Below are positions 27,477 through 36,213 of a stretch of 64,000 nucleotides of DNA, one piece after another (positions within the stretch are counted from its first letter, which is position 1; every line of letters starts with the position of its first letter). Source of the DNA: a bacterium. Lineage in GTDB: Bacteria > Patescibacteriota > Minisyncoccia > UBA6257 > JAGOQP01. Both the position numbers and the translations under genes were made by a program. Under the pieces are notes generated by a model. It saw only the letters and a program-made list of their open reading frames with translations. It was not told the origin of the DNA and did not search any database. The stretch spans positions 8,889-72,888 of the forward strand of contig JAJXZH010000032.1 of NCBI GenBank assembly GCA_021780155.1, given 5' to 3'.

Positions 27477-28043
27477 ATGAAACCGACTTCAAAAAGAATT
27501 TTATTTATATTGCTGACGATGTTATTTCTGATTGCCTCAGTGGTGGTTTATTCGTCTTTTATTCAGAGCGCTTATAGCCAGGTAGTTTTGTTGAGAGGGC
27601 AACTAGCTTCAAAACAAAGCAATTATCAACAATTGAGTCAGACAATTTCTCAAATAAAATCATTAATTGATAAATTTCAGAGTCAATCTGCCGATCGCAG
27701 TAAAATTTCCCTGATCCTTCCATTATCAAAAGACCCGAGTTATTTATTGAGTCAAATTATTGGGCTATCCCAAATAAATGGAGTTTCCGTATCTTCGGTT
27801 GGAACTCAAATTCTTCCGATTCAGCCATCGCAGTCAAATATTATTAAAGGCATAGGGCAAATCAAAGCTGATGTTGCTCTTTCGGGAAGCTATGCTTCTT
27901 TTAAGGCCTTTTTGAGACAATTGGAAACAAATATTTTGATTCTGGATGTGAGCAATCTGAAACTATCTTCTTCACAACAATCGGGGAGCGCTCCTACTTT
28001 AAATTACAACATTTCCTTGACCAGTTATTATCAATCCAATTAA
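27477..28043 (+). CDS. pilO: PilO-like pilus assembly protein
   Basis: TM + coiled coil, GSYASFKAFLRQLE motif. Confidence 0.8.
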   Translation: MKPTSKRILFILLTMLFLIASVVVYSSFIQSAYSQVVLLRGQLASKQSNYQQLSQTISQIKSLIDKFQSQSADRSKISLILPLSKDPSYLLSQIIGLSQINGVSVSSVGTQILPIQPSQSNIIKGIGQIKADVALSGSYASFKAFLRQLETNILILDVSNLKLSSSQQSGSAPTLNYNISLTSYYQSN

Positions 28044-28059
28044 TCAATTTAAATAAAAT

Positions 28060-28353
28060 ATGGCAATTTTTATAGAAGAAGAAAAAAATAATGGAGGATG
28101 GTTTGGATTCGGGGTTGTTGCGATTGTTTTGATAATAGTGGCGGTTGCTATCTATTATTTGTTTTTTGTTTCTCCGGAATTGATAAGTGTGGTCATTCCT
28201 CCAAACCTTCAGGTTATAAACGATGTTAAACAACTTTCCAGTTTTGACCCAAATACGGTTTTAAATAGCGCTTTTTATAACAGCTTAAAGTCGGTAGTTA
28301 GTCCTCCAAATCCGCCACCGCCGGGCAATGCCACTCCTTTTGGAGTTTTCTGA
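28060..28353 (+). CDS. Small TM protein at the PilP position
   Basis: TM plus Pro-rich tail GNATPF. Confidence 0.55.
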   Translation: MAIFIEEEKNNGGWFGFGVVAIVLIIVAVAIYYLFFVSPELISVVIPPNLQVINDVKQLSSFDPNTVLNSAFYNSLKSVVSPPNPPPPGNATPFGVF

Positions 28354-28416
28354 TTTTTAATTAATAAACCGCAAGTCGCATTCTTAATAAAAATTAAAGT
28401 TTAAAAATATCGGCAA

Positions 28417-30156
28417 ATGGAAAATAAAATTTTAATAGATAAATTGATTTCGGCCGGATTTTTAACTCAGGACAATGGACAGAAGCTTCTTCAGGAGGCT
28501 TCTTTTGCCAAACGACCGGTTGAGGATTTAATCTATGAAAGAAGAATTGTTCCGGAAGAATCTCTACTTGAAACCAAAAGTAAAATTTTGAATGTTCCTT
28601 ATAAAAATGTAGATGTTGCGTCGATCGGCGATAATTTGATTAAAATTGTTCCCGAAATGACGGTTAGAAATTTCAGAGTGGTTCCGATGGAATTGAAAGA
28701 CGATTTGCTTATTGTTGGGATGGTCAACCCGGATGATTCAAGAGCTCAGGATGCGCTTAAATTTATCGCTCGACAAGTTAAGGCCAATTTGGGAATTTAT
28801 TTAATTCCGATGTCTTTATGGGAAGCGGTTTTGAGAAAATATTCTCCTTATCGTAGCGAAGTGGAAGAAGCGGTTAAATCTATTTCTTCGGTGAGTATTA
28901 AAAAAATGTCTTCCGGCCAGCAAATTGTTCAACTGGAAGCGGGACAATCGGCGGGAGAAGATGCGCCAATTATTCGTATTGTGGCCTCAACCCTAAAAGA
29001 GGCGGTTTATCAGCGCTCTTCGGATATTCATATCGAACCGCAAAGAAACAGATTGAGAATCAGATTTCGTTTGGACGGAGAACTTCAAGAAGTGGCATCA
29101 ATGCCGATAGAGCTCTATCAACCGATAGTTTCCCGCATAAAAGTTTTGTCCAATTTAAAAATTGATGAAACCAGAATCCCTCAAGACGGAAGATTTAGAA
29201 CAATGCTTTTGGGACGAGATATAGATTTTCGTGTAGCGACATTTCCGACTCCGGTTGGTGAAAAAGTCGCTATTCGTGTTTTGGATCCAACGGTCGGACT
29301 TAAAGGATTGGAAGAGCTTGGTCTTTTGGGTAGGAATTTAACTATCATAAAAGACGGGATTCAAAAGCCATACGGAATGATTTTAATTACCGGACCAACC
29401 GGTTCCGGAAAATCAACCACTCTTTATGCATTAATGCAGGTTTTAAATAAAGAAGATGTAAATATTGTGAGCTTGGAGGACCCGGTTGAATATTATATGG
29501 ACGGACTCAATCAATCGCAGGTTCATCCGGAAATAGGATATGATTTTGCCTCAGGTCTAAGACAAATTTTGCGTCAGGACCCGGATATTATTATGGTTGG
29601 TGAAATTAGAGATAACGAGACGGCAGCGTTGGCGGTTCATGCCGCCTTGACTGGTCATATAGTTCTTTCGACTTTACATACCAACAATGCCGCCGGTGTT
29701 ATTCCGAGGTTGATAGATATGAAGGTTGACGAATTTTTGTTGCCGGCCTCGCTAAACTTGATGGTTGGTCAAAGATTGGTTCCGCGTCTTTGTCAGCAGT
29801 GTAAGAGAGAAAAAGAAATGACTTCTGAATTGAAGGAAATAGTAGAAAGCGTTGTCTCCGAAATGGGTCCTTCGGATTTGAAAGATTTTGGGATTTCTCC
29901 TCCTTATAAAATTTACGAATCACCGGGATGTTCGGCTTGCAACAATAAAGGTGTTTCCGGAAGAGTGGCGATGTTTGAAGTGTTAAAAATGACTTCCGAA
30001 TTGGCGGAAATAGTCGATAAAAAAGGAACAGAAGGAGATATTGTTAATGAAGCAAAAAGGCAAAAAATGATAACTCTAAGACAGGATGGAATAGTTAAAG
30101 CGCTTAAAGGACTTGTGTCGCTTGAAGTTGTTTTGAGAGAAACCGAAGAGCTGTGA
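28417..30156 (+). CDS. pilB: Type IV pilus extension ATPase (PilB/GspE)
   Basis: SDIHIEP, GPTGSGKST, LRQDPD, tetracysteine motif. Confidence 0.95.
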   Translation: MENKILIDKLISAGFLTQDNGQKLLQEASFAKRPVEDLIYERRIVPEESLLETKSKILNVPYKNVDVASIGDNLIKIVPEMTVRNFRVVPMELKDDLLIVGMVNPDDSRAQDALKFIARQVKANLGIYLIPMSLWEAVLRKYSPYRSEVEEAVKSISSVSIKKMSSGQQIVQLEAGQSAGEDAPIIRIVASTLKEAVYQRSSDIHIEPQRNRLRIRFRLDGELQEVASMPIELYQPIVSRIKVLSNLKIDETRIPQDGRFRTMLLGRDIDFRVATFPTPVGEKVAIRVLDPTVGLKGLEELGLLGRNLTIIKDGIQKPYGMILITGPTGSGKSTTLYALMQVLNKEDVNIVSLEDPVEYYMDGLNQSQVHPEIGYDFASGLRQILRQDPDIIMVGEIRDNETAALAVHAALTGHIVLSTLHTNNAAGVIPRLIDMKVDEFLLPASLNLMVGQRLVPRLCQQCKREKEMTSELKEIVESVVSEMGPSDLKDFGISPPYKIYESPGCSACNNKGVSGRVAMFEVLKMTSELAEIVDKKGTEGDIVNEAKRQKMITLRQDGIVKALKGLVSLEVVLRETEEL

Positions 30157-30230
30157 GTTTCTGTTTTTATTGAAGTTTAAAATGCTCCACCTTTTTTGAA
30201 TTAAAAAACATAATAGGATATAATATAAAT

Positions 30231-31301
30231 ATGATTGACTACAAACAAAAACTAAATGATTTGCTTTTAATGTGCGCCAAACAGGACGCTTCCGATTTGC
30301 ACATTGCCGTTGGAAGGCATCCAACTTTAAGAATTGATGGCGCGCTGGTTCCTTTGACTAAAGAATCTATTTTAACTCCTCAAGACGCCGAGGGATTGGT
30401 TGGCGCCATTTTAACCGAACCCCAAAAAGGGGAATTGTCTTTAAAAAAACAAGTTGACTTTTCATACACCTTTGAAGACAAGGCGCGTTTCAGAGTTAAT
30501 GCTTATTATCAAAGAGGATTTATGGCGATGGCTTTGCGCTTGATCCCGGCGAAAGTAAAAACTATTGAGGAATTGAGATTGCCTCCCATAGTCCACGATT
30601 TTTCTTCCATATCACAGGGGTTTGTTTTAGTTGTCGGTCCCGCCGGCCATGGAAAATCAACCACCTTGGCGGCAATTATCGACGAAATCAATCACAATAG
30701 AACCGATCACATTATCACTATTGAAGATCCAATAGAATATCTTTTTTTGCAGGATAAAAGTATTGTTTCTCAAAGAGAGGTAAAAATAGACACTGTTGAT
30801 TTTTCTGATGCTTTAAGATCGCTTTTAAGGCAAGACCCGGATGTGGTCATGATAGGAGAAATGAGAGATACCGAATCAATTTCAACTGCGCTTACCGCCG
30901 CCGAAACCGGACACTTGGTGCTTGCCACCCTACACACCAATTCGGCTTCGCAAACAATAGACCGTATCATTGATAGTTTTTCGGCAGAACAGCAAAGTCA
31001 GGTTGCTTCTCAGCTTTCGGCGGTGCTAGTGGGAATAGTTTCCGAGCGTCTTATCCCCAGAATTGATGGCGGAAGAATTCCGGCCTGTGAAATTATGATA
31101 GCCAATCCGGCTATAAGAAATTTGATTCGCGAGAGAAAAACTTATCAGATAGATTTGGTTATTGAAACCAATTCTCAAGAGGGAATGATAACCTTGAATC
31201 GTTCACTTGCCGATTTGGTAAAAAGAAGAGAAATAAGTTTGGAAAATGCGGAAACATATTCTCTAAATCCATCGGAATTGAGAATTTTGTTGGAAAAATA
31301 A
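30231..31301 (+). CDS. pilT: Type IV pilus retraction ATPase
   Basis: ASDLH, GPAGHGKST, AAETGHLV, AIRNLIRE. Confidence 0.95.
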   Translation: MIDYKQKLNDLLLMCAKQDASDLHIAVGRHPTLRIDGALVPLTKESILTPQDAEGLVGAILTEPQKGELSLKKQVDFSYTFEDKARFRVNAYYQRGFMAMALRLIPAKVKTIEELRLPPIVHDFSSISQGFVLVVGPAGHGKSTTLAAIIDEINHNRTDHIITIEDPIEYLFLQDKSIVSQREVKIDTVDFSDALRSLLRQDPDVVMIGEMRDTESISTALTAAETGHLVLATLHTNSASQTIDRIIDSFSAEQQSQVASQLSAVLVGIVSERLIPRIDGGRIPACEIMIANPAIRNLIRERKTYQIDLVIETNSQEGMITLNRSLADLVKRREISLENAETYSLNPSELRILLEK

Positions 31302-31346
31302 TTTTAATTTTTGTTTTTACGGTAAATATTAATTGGCTGAAGAATT

Positions 31347-32561
31347 ATGAAATTCAAATATCAAGCAAGAAATAAAACAGGAGAGCTTCAGGTAGGGTTT
31401 GTGGAGGGACCAAGCAAAGACGTTGCCATAAACACGCTCACTTCTCATGAGCTTTTTGTCTTGAGTTTGGAGTTAGCCGAAAGAAAAAGCCCTTTTGACA
31501 GCATTTTGGGTTTTTTTAACAGAGTCAAAACAAAGGATTTGATGGTTTTTACCAGACAGCTGGCGACAATGCTTGAATCCGAAATGCCCCTAAACAGCGC
31601 TTTGCAATCTCTCTACCAGCAAACTCCCAAAGTTGCTTTAAAAGAAGCTGTCTTTGAAATTTTGCAGGATGTTGAAGCCGGACTTTCTTTATCGCAAGCC
31701 CTTGAAAGACAGCAGCCAATTTTTTCCGATTTTTATGTAAGCATGGTACGCTCAGCGGAAGTAACCGGACGACTTGAAGAATCAATGATATTTTTGGCAA
31801 GTTATATAGAAAAAGAGGCCAACTGGAAAGGCAAGATTTCAACGGCAATGATTTATCCGGCAGTTTTGATAACGATGTTTGTCGTTGTTGCCGGCGTAAT
31901 GGTGGCGTTTGTTTTCCCAAAAATCGGTCCGGTTTTTCAAGATTCGGGAGTTCAACTCCCTTGGATGACTCAGGCGCTTCTTGTTGCCGGTTCGTTTTTA
32001 ACCAATTGGTGGTGGTTGGCGATAATGCTTATTGCCGGAATCGCTTTTATCGTTATTGATTATTTTAAAAGCCAGGAAGGGAAAGCGGTTGGCAATCAAT
32101 TAGTTTTAATTGTTCCGGTTTTTGGAGAACTTTTTAGGAAAATTTATATTGCCCGATTTTCTCAATCTTTGAGCGTCTTGATTAAAGGAGGAATTCCCAT
32201 TACTCAAGCGATTGAAATTGCTTCTTCCACTATCGGTAATGTGGTTTATGAAGAAATTTTAAAAGACATCGCCGAAGGAGTCAGAGAGGGGGCTTTGCTT
32301 TCCAATTTGCTTTCTTCTTATCCCAAATATTTTCCTTTGATGGTGGGACAGATGGCGGCGGTTGGAGAAAGCACCGGAAGGGTTGATGAAATGATGAGCA
32401 AAATATCCGATTTTTATGATAATGAAGTCAATGACATGATGGCAAACTTGTCCGAGCTTATTCAGCCGATATTAATTTTGATTATTGGAGTTTTAATCGG
32501 GCTTTTGTTTGCCGCTATCTTGCTTCCAATTTACAATCTGGCGCAGTCGTTTAAGATTTAA
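31347..32561 (+). CDS. pilC: Pilus platform protein PilC/GspF
   Basis: FTRQLATML, two GspF domains, GESTG. Confidence 0.95.
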   Translation: MKFKYQARNKTGELQVGFVEGPSKDVAINTLTSHELFVLSLELAERKSPFDSILGFFNRVKTKDLMVFTRQLATMLESEMPLNSALQSLYQQTPKVALKEAVFEILQDVEAGLSLSQALERQQPIFSDFYVSMVRSAEVTGRLEESMIFLASYIEKEANWKGKISTAMIYPAVLITMFVVVAGVMVAFVFPKIGPVFQDSGVQLPWMTQALLVAGSFLTNWWWLAIMLIAGIAFIVIDYFKSQEGKAVGNQLVLIVPVFGELFRKIYIARFSQSLSVLIKGGIPITQAIEIASSTIGNVVYEEILKDIAEGVREGALLSNLLSSYPKYFPLMVGQMAAVGESTGRVDEMMSKISDFYDNEVNDMMANLSELIQPILILIIGVLIGLLFAAILLPIYNLAQSFKI

Positions 32562-32676
32562 AAAGATAAAAAATCTGATATAATAACAAATATATTTTTA
32601 AGGTCGATTGGCAAGTTGAAAACAATATTTTTGGTCTTTTTAAAAAAAAATTAAAAAAATAATTAAATAAAAAAAT

Positions 32677-33189
32677 ATGGAAAAAAATATTTTCAAAAAA
32701 AGTTCGGGTTTTACCTTAATTGAAATGCTTATCGTGGTTGCTATTATTGCCGTTTTGGCTTCAATTTTTTTGGTGGGGTTAAGCGGTTTTAGAGGAGCGG
32801 CAAACGATTCAAGAAGATTGTCCGATTTACAAAAAGTTCAAAGCTATCTTGAGTTGTATTACAATAAGAATGGTAAATATCCGGTGGCAGCTACTTGGAC
32901 TGATTTAGGCACCGCCTTGGGAACAGCCAGTATTGGAGTTAATGTTATTCCTAGCGATCCGGTATCTGGTCAAAGTTATTATTATATATATAATCCCCCC
33001 AGTAGCCCTCAACAATATGTGATGGCGGCTATTCTCTCTGATGCAACATCAAAATCTGTTACAGATGAAAATGGATCAAAGCTAGACGTCACATTTAGTG
33101 GCTGGGGAGGAGCTTTTCCTACTTCCAATTGCGGTCATGCTTCTACGGCTCCAATAGGTGGTGTTTATTGCGTTTCGTCCGGATTTTAA
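32677..33189 (+). CDS. pilA: Type IV pilin, probable major pilin
   Basis: G|FTLIEMLIVVAII class III signal; C-terminal Cys pair. Confidence 0.85.
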   Translation: MEKNIFKKSSGFTLIEMLIVVAIIAVLASIFLVGLSGFRGAANDSRRLSDLQKVQSYLELYYNKNGKYPVAATWTDLGTALGTASIGVNVIPSDPVSGQSYYYIYNPPSSPQQYVMAAILSDATSKSVTDENGSKLDVTFSGWGGAFPTSNCGHASTAPIGGVYCVSSGF

Positions 33190-33198
33190 TTTAAAAGT

Positions 33199-34086
33199 AT
33201 GAGCACATATTTGGAAATTGGCTTGTTTTTGCTTGGTCTTGCTTTTGGGAGTTTTTTGAATGTCGTGACTTTGCGCTACTCTCCGGAAGAGGGCTTTTAT
33301 CACAAGAAACATTATTCGGGCAGGTCGCGCTGTCTTTATTGCCAAAGAAATCTTTCGTGGTATGAGATGATTCCGTTGTTTAGTTATCTTTTTTTGAAAG
33401 GGAAATGTCATTCTTGCCAATCGAAATTAACCGTTCAATATCCTTTAGTGGAGCTTGTTTCGGGTTTAATTTTTGTTTTTGTTCCGATTATTTTGCGCGG
33501 ATTATTTTTGTCTTTGTCGCCCAATGTTTTGGTTTTAATTGCAACCTCTTCAATTATTTGGATAACGGCTTTTATGTTTATGCTGGCAATGCTGGTTATA
33601 GATTGGAGGCATTATGTTATTCCCAATTCCGTGAGCTTGACATTGTTTATAGTGGCTTTGATTTGGATTGTTGTTGGTCAGTATAATGGAGCTTTCAGTA
33701 GTATTTATGGGTCATCCTTTTTGAAGCAGTTTGCCGCTATTTTTCCTCAATTTTCTTTCCAGATTTTAAATCATCTGACCGGAGCTTTGCTCGGACTCTT
33801 GTTTTTCTTGGCAATATTTGTGTTTTCCAAAGGCAGAGCAATGGGAATGGGAGATGTTAAATTGATGGGAGTTTTGGGGCTCTTGTTCGGATGGCCGGAT
33901 ATTTTAGTCGTTATGCTTTTGTCGTTTATTATTGGAGCTTTAACTTCGGTTTTTTTGATGCTTCGCGGTAAAAAGAAAATAACCGACAAAATTCCATTTG
34001 GGCCGTTTATTGTCATCTCGGCGGCAATAGTTTTCTTCTTTGGGGCTGGATTAATGAGTGCTTATTTTGGTATAATTGGAGCGTGA
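33199..34086 (+). CDS. pilD: Prepilin peptidase
   Basis: GSFLNVV, RSRC..C, C..C, MGMGDVKL, IPFGPF. Confidence 0.95.
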   Translation: MSTYLEIGLFLLGLAFGSFLNVVTLRYSPEEGFYHKKHYSGRSRCLYCQRNLSWYEMIPLFSYLFLKGKCHSCQSKLTVQYPLVELVSGLIFVFVPIILRGLFLSLSPNVLVLIATSSIIWITAFMFMLAMLVIDWRHYVIPNSVSLTLFIVALIWIVVGQYNGAFSSIYGSSFLKQFAAIFPQFSFQILNHLTGALLGLLFFLAIFVFSKGRAMGMGDVKLMGVLGLLFGWPDILVVMLLSFIIGALTSVFLMLRGKKKITDKIPFGPFIVISAAIVFFFGAGLMSAYFGIIGA

Positions 34087-34670
34087 AGTTTCCAATAAAA
34101 AAATTAAATATTATTTTTGAATCGAAGGGATTTACATTGGTTGAATTATTGGTAACCGTTTCGTTGATGGCGGTTTTTGTTACTTTTGCTTTGGGTTATA
34201 ACAGAACTGCCGACCAGCAATTATCTTTGTTTAGGGAAGAGGGAAAATTTGTTAATGAAATTTATAAAGCCCGCTCTTTGGCAATTACCACATTTAATAG
34301 AACCGGAAAATCAGTTGATGTTCCTTGCGGGTACGGAATCCACATAGCGTCTTCGACTGCCGTAACTCTTTTCAAAGATTTGCCTGATATTTCCGGAAAT
34401 TGTAAGACTTACACTCAACCGGCTTTAAATATTTATTCACCAAATAGCGGAGAAGACGTTGAAACAATCTCTTTGAATAAAATTTATATTTCTTATGCTG
34501 GTAGCAGTGATTTTTCATTAAACTCGGTTGATTTTCTATTCGTTCCTCCCGATCCATCGGTTTATTCGAATAAAGATTTTCCGATAAATCTTCAATTAAC
34601 TTCTCCGGCGCTTCCAACCTCTCCTATTTCTATTACTATAAATCAATTTGGTCAGGTCTCAATTCAATAA
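34083..34670 (+). CDS. Minor pilin (FimT/GspH-like)
   Basis: G|FTLVELLV. Confidence 0.8.
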   Translation: MKFPIKKLNIIFESKGFTLVELLVTVSLMAVFVTFALGYNRTADQQLSLFREEGKFVNEIYKARSLAITTFNRTGKSVDVPCGYGIHIASSTAVTLFKDLPDISGNCKTYTQPALNIYSPNSGEDVETISLNKIYISYAGSSDFSLNSVDFLFVPPDPSVYSNKDFPINLQLTSPALPTSPISITINQFGQVSIQ

Positions 34671-34679
34671 ATAACATTT

Positions 34680-35207
34680 ATGAATTTATTTAAAGAAAAC
34701 TCAGGACAGGTATTGGTGGAAACAATGGTTGCTTTAACGATGGTTACAATCGGTCTTTTGGGAATTTTGAGTTTACTTTCTTATTCTATTGGATTAAACA
34801 AAGTTATTTCCGACCAATATGTTGCCTCTTATCTTGCCGCTGAGGGAATAGAACTCGTTAAAAATATAATAGACAACAACGTTGCCTCCGGAATAGGTGC
34901 TTATAATTCAGGATTGAGCTCCGTTGGAAACTATACTGCCGATTATAAAAGCAATTTTCTTACTCCGCTTGATGTAACCAACAGTGTCCCGTTGAGTTTT
35001 GATAACTGTTCTTCTGGGACAATGAGATATACATATAGTCCAAGTTGTGGCAATGCCGCCGTAAAGACGTTTTTTTATAGAACCATAAATATTTCTTACT
35101 ACGACGCAGATGAGATGATAGTTAAATCAACGATTGATTGGACCAGCAGAGGGGGGCTTACCAATGAGATTGTTTTAGAAGATCATTTTTATAATTGGCG
35201 TCAATAA
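34680..35207 (+). CDS. Minor pilin (PilV-like)
   Basis: G|QVLVETMV; A.YLAAEGIE. Confidence 0.75.
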   Translation: MNLFKENSGQVLVETMVALTMVTIGLLGILSLLSYSIGLNKVISDQYVASYLAAEGIELVKNIIDNNVASGIGAYNSGLSSVGNYTADYKSNFLTPLDVTNSVPLSFDNCSSGTMRYTYSPSCGNAAVKTFFYRTINISYYDADEMIVKSTIDWTSRGGLTNEIVLEDHFYNWRQ

Positions 35208-35215
35208 AATAAAAA

Positions 35216-35770
35216 ATGAAATTTAATGAGTTTGTAAAATTTAAAAGTCAGGACGGACAGTCGTTGGTTGAAATGCTTATCGCAATGAGTATTTTTGTGA
35301 TATTTATAGTTATCGCCGTTGGGGGATTTCTTCAAGCGATGGCAAACCAAAGGATTGTTTTAAAACTCAGCGCCGCGACCGATAATATGAGTTTTACTTT
35401 GGAACAAATGATGAGGGAAATGAGAGTGGGTAGCAATTTTTCTGTTTCTCCAGATGGCTCCAAGATTAGTTTTAACGGCTATGACGAAAACGGCAACCAA
35501 GAAGATATAGATTATGCTCTTAATAGCCTCACCGGAGCAGTCGATAGAACTTTTTCTATTCCCAATCCCGTAGTTGGCAGTATTGTTAATCCAACAACCG
35601 CTCCAATGACCGCCGATAATGTGACTGTAAGTTATTTTAACGTTATTAAATCTCAGCCCCATAATCCGGGACCGACGCTGATTAATATTGTGGTGGGAAT
35701 TACCGCTTCTGATAGAGGAGTTTCCATTACTAATTATATTCAAACAAGTGTAAGTTCGAGGGTATTTTAA
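35216..35770 (+). CDS. Minor pilin (PilW-like)
   Basis: G|QSLVEMLI; EQMMREMR. Confidence 0.75.
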   Translation: MKFNEFVKFKSQDGQSLVEMLIAMSIFVIFIVIAVGGFLQAMANQRIVLKLSAATDNMSFTLEQMMREMRVGSNFSVSPDGSKISFNGYDENGNQEDIDYALNSLTGAVDRTFSIPNPVVGSIVNPTTAPMTADNVTVSYFNVIKSQPHNPGPTLINIVVGITASDRGVSITNYIQTSVSSRVF

Positions 35771-35777
35771 ATAAAAA

Positions 35778-36179
35778 ATGAAAACAAAAAAAATAAAAAT
35801 AAATAATAACTTTCAATCAGGACAGGCGATGTTGATTGTAGTTTTAATATTAGGAGCGACAATGCTTGGAGTAACCACTGTTGTCGGCTACATTTCTCTT
35901 CAAAAAATAAAAAATGTCGCCAACATTACCGACTCAACCAAGGCCATTTACGCCGCCGATTCGGGAGTGGAGTGGTGTTTTTATAATAAATTCAGTTCCA
36001 ATGGTACTTCAACTTTTAGTTGTGATGGAAGTTCTCCGACAACCGGCACAAGTAGTTTGTCTTTAAGCAATGGCGCTTCGGTTTCTGTTTCCAATGTTGG
36101 CCAAGAAATAAAATCAATTGGAACCGTCAATAATTCCTACAGAGCTTTCGGTATATTTTTAAATGAATTTAATCAATAA
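35778..36179 (+). CDS. Minor pilin (PilX-like)
   Basis: G|QAML with no E5; AIYAADSGVE. Confidence 0.75.
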   Translation: MKTKKIKINNNFQSGQAMLIVVLILGATMLGVTTVVGYISLQKIKNVANITDSTKAIYAADSGVEWCFYNKFSSNGTSTFSCDGSSPTTGTSSLSLSNGASVSVSNVGQEIKSIGTVNNSYRAFGIFLNEFNQ

Positions 36180-36213
36180 ATTCTTTTAAAAAACATAAAA
36201 TTTGATTTTTATT

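Noticed and set aside
25008-36179. Type IV pilus/competence cluster as a novel system
   Set aside because: A well-known gene set, typical for this kind of genome
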